DNA from: Acidobacteriota bacterium
Lineage (GTDB): Bacteria; Acidobacteriota; Vicinamibacteria; Vicinamibacterales; SCN-69-37
DNA length: 64,000 nt
Reading direction: 5' to 3'
NCBI GenBank assembly: GCA_044507065.1
Contig: JBIQJY010000003.1
Location: 7,592-71,591 of the forward strand
The notes under the pieces were generated by a model, which was not told the origin of the DNA, ran no database searches, and was given only the letters and a program-made list of their open reading frames with translations. The translations under genes and the position numbers were made by a program. How positions within the stretch are numbered: position 1 is the stretch's first letter; each line of letters opens with the position of its first letter. Positions 63,548-64,000 of this stretch are shown here, piece after piece.

Positions 63548-63576
63548 TTGACGACCGTCCGCAGAGGGCGTAGCGT
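63548..63576 (+). promoter_or_regulatory. candidate sigma-70 promoter just after the S1 gene stop
   Basis: TTGACG (63548-63553), 17-nt spacer, TAGCGT (63571-63576). Confidence 0.35.
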
Positions 63577-63582
63577 GCAGGT

Positions 63583-63870
63583 AGATTCATCACACACCGC
63601 CTGGTGTTCGGGGTCAGATGAATCCGCCTGCGACAGAGACCCCAGATCGGAAGGAGGTCGCTCGATTGATTGACGCTACTCCACCGGGTCTGAATGTGAA
63701 CGCGGCCAGGAGGGCCGCATCGAGTATCTGAACAGGTAGACGGACGTGCTCCTGGTCGGCCGAGACGAGTGCCCATAGGCACGCCGCATCATCCATGCGG
63801 CCCATGACGGCGCAACCGCAGCACATCCATACTCAAGGGGCCATCTTCTGCAGGAGATGGCCCCTCTCTT
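63583..63870 (+). ncRNA. candidate structured RNA of unknown class (about 290 nt)
   Basis: Lower-GC island bounded by a promoter-like element and a strong hairpin terminator. Contains several stable hairpins and a possible pseudoknot. No ORF there has the local codon bias. Confidence 0.35.
63837..63870 (+). terminator. intrinsic terminator hairpin (possibly bidirectional)
   Basis: GGGGCCATCT (63837-63846) pairs with AGATGGCCCC (63855-63864), a 10-bp stem, followed by TCTCTTC. It also lies 18 nt past the stop of the convergent minus-strand gene. Confidence 0.55.
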
Positions 63871-63881
63871 CATGCCTTCGC

Positions 63882-64000
63882 CTACGCCTGACCCGCTGCG
63901 GCACGAGCGAGAAAAATCGTGTGCCGCGGGCCGCCTCGCTTCAGGCGGGCACGCACGTGCTCGACGTTCACGGAAAACCCGGCATGGCGCAGGCGCCGTA
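63882..64000 (-). CDS. 3' end of an unidentified protein-coding gene (runs off the window end)
   Basis: Open minus-strand frame ending in TAG (63882-63884). C-terminus ...RLRHAGFSVNVEHVRARLKRGGPRHTIFLARAAAGQA with GC-rich third codon positions. Confidence 0.45.
   Translation of the reverse strand, partial: RRLRHAGFSVNVEHVRARLKRGGPRHTIFLARAAAGQA

Noticed and set aside
63611-63655. Local resemblance to the 3' conserved region of bacterial RNase P RNA (AGATGAAT...GACAGAGACCCC versus AGAUGAAU...ACAGAACCCGGCUUA)
   Set aside because: The P4 partner motif (GAGGAAAGUCCGG) and the CCGGCUUA segment are absent. An RNase P RNA ending here would also have to overlap the S1-domain coding region. I judge the resemblance coincidental.
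63618-63731. 37-codon ATG ORF (MNPPATETPDRKEVARLIDATPPGLNVNAARRAASSI) inside the candidate RNA region. A TTG-initiated 21-codon sub-ORF in the same frame lies behind the AGGAGG tract.
   Set aside because: Third-position G/C is only about 58 percent, against very high values in all confident genes here. The SD for the ATG is weak, and no motif is present. Non-coding is more likely, although a small foreign peptide gene cannot be excluded.

Overview
GC-rich (about two-thirds G+C by eye), gene-dense bacterial chromosomal segment. I see no rRNA, tRNA, CRISPR array, transposase or integrase. Gene content suggests an Acidobacteriota-like organism (inference only): ACIII-caa3 respiratory supercluster, TIGR03436-like VWA protein, multihaem-TPR fusion, sulfatases, and many ATGA/GTGA start-stop overlaps. 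Layout: (1) 1.4-14.1 kb, minus strand, one long respiratory operon: actABCDEF plus a small membrane protein, SCO1, and caa3-type cytochrome oxidase coxB-A-C-IV. A perfect CRP-type palindrome lies in the divergent upstream region. (2) 14.3-21.7 kb: ABC-2 exporter, geranylgeranyl-reductase-like flavoprotein, M61 peptidase, a GAF/sigma-54 activator and a Dabb protein. (3) 21.8-31.6 kb: an azurin-like cupredoxin, then an ebo-type cluster (UbiA prenyltransferase, DHQ-synthase-like cyclase, short ORF, TatD, EboE-like TIM barrel, phosphodiesterase), a GAF protein, a TVP38/DedA protein and a GT-C glycosyltransferase. (4) 31.7-33.8 kb: Dam-family methylase, small putative endonuclease and a secreted alpha/beta hydrolase, all translationally coupled. 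(5) 33.8-39.8 kb, minus strand: two sulfatases plus a multihaem-cytochrome/TPR protein. (6) 39.8-47.8 kb: a threonine/isoleucine operon (thrB, two thrC paralogues, AK-HSD, ilvA). It is preceded by a promoter, a Thr/Ile-rich 31-codon leader ORF and a strong intrinsic terminator, which I read as a candidate attenuator. (7) 47.8-54.4 kb, minus strand: TrmH, a small beta-barrel OMP, and an Omp85 / secreted protein / NtrY-like kinase / NtrX-like sigma-54 regulator operon with a near-consensus sigma-54 promoter. (8) 54.4-59.6 kb, minus strand: a second, A1-type cytochrome c oxidase operon with extra small subunits. (9) 59.9-64 kb: VWA protein, EF-hand/ThuA protein, S1-domain protein, and a roughly 290-nt low-GC promoter-to-terminator unit that looks like an unclassified structured RNA. 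Most long ORFs in the supplied track that lie antisense to these genes are GC-driven shadow ORFs.
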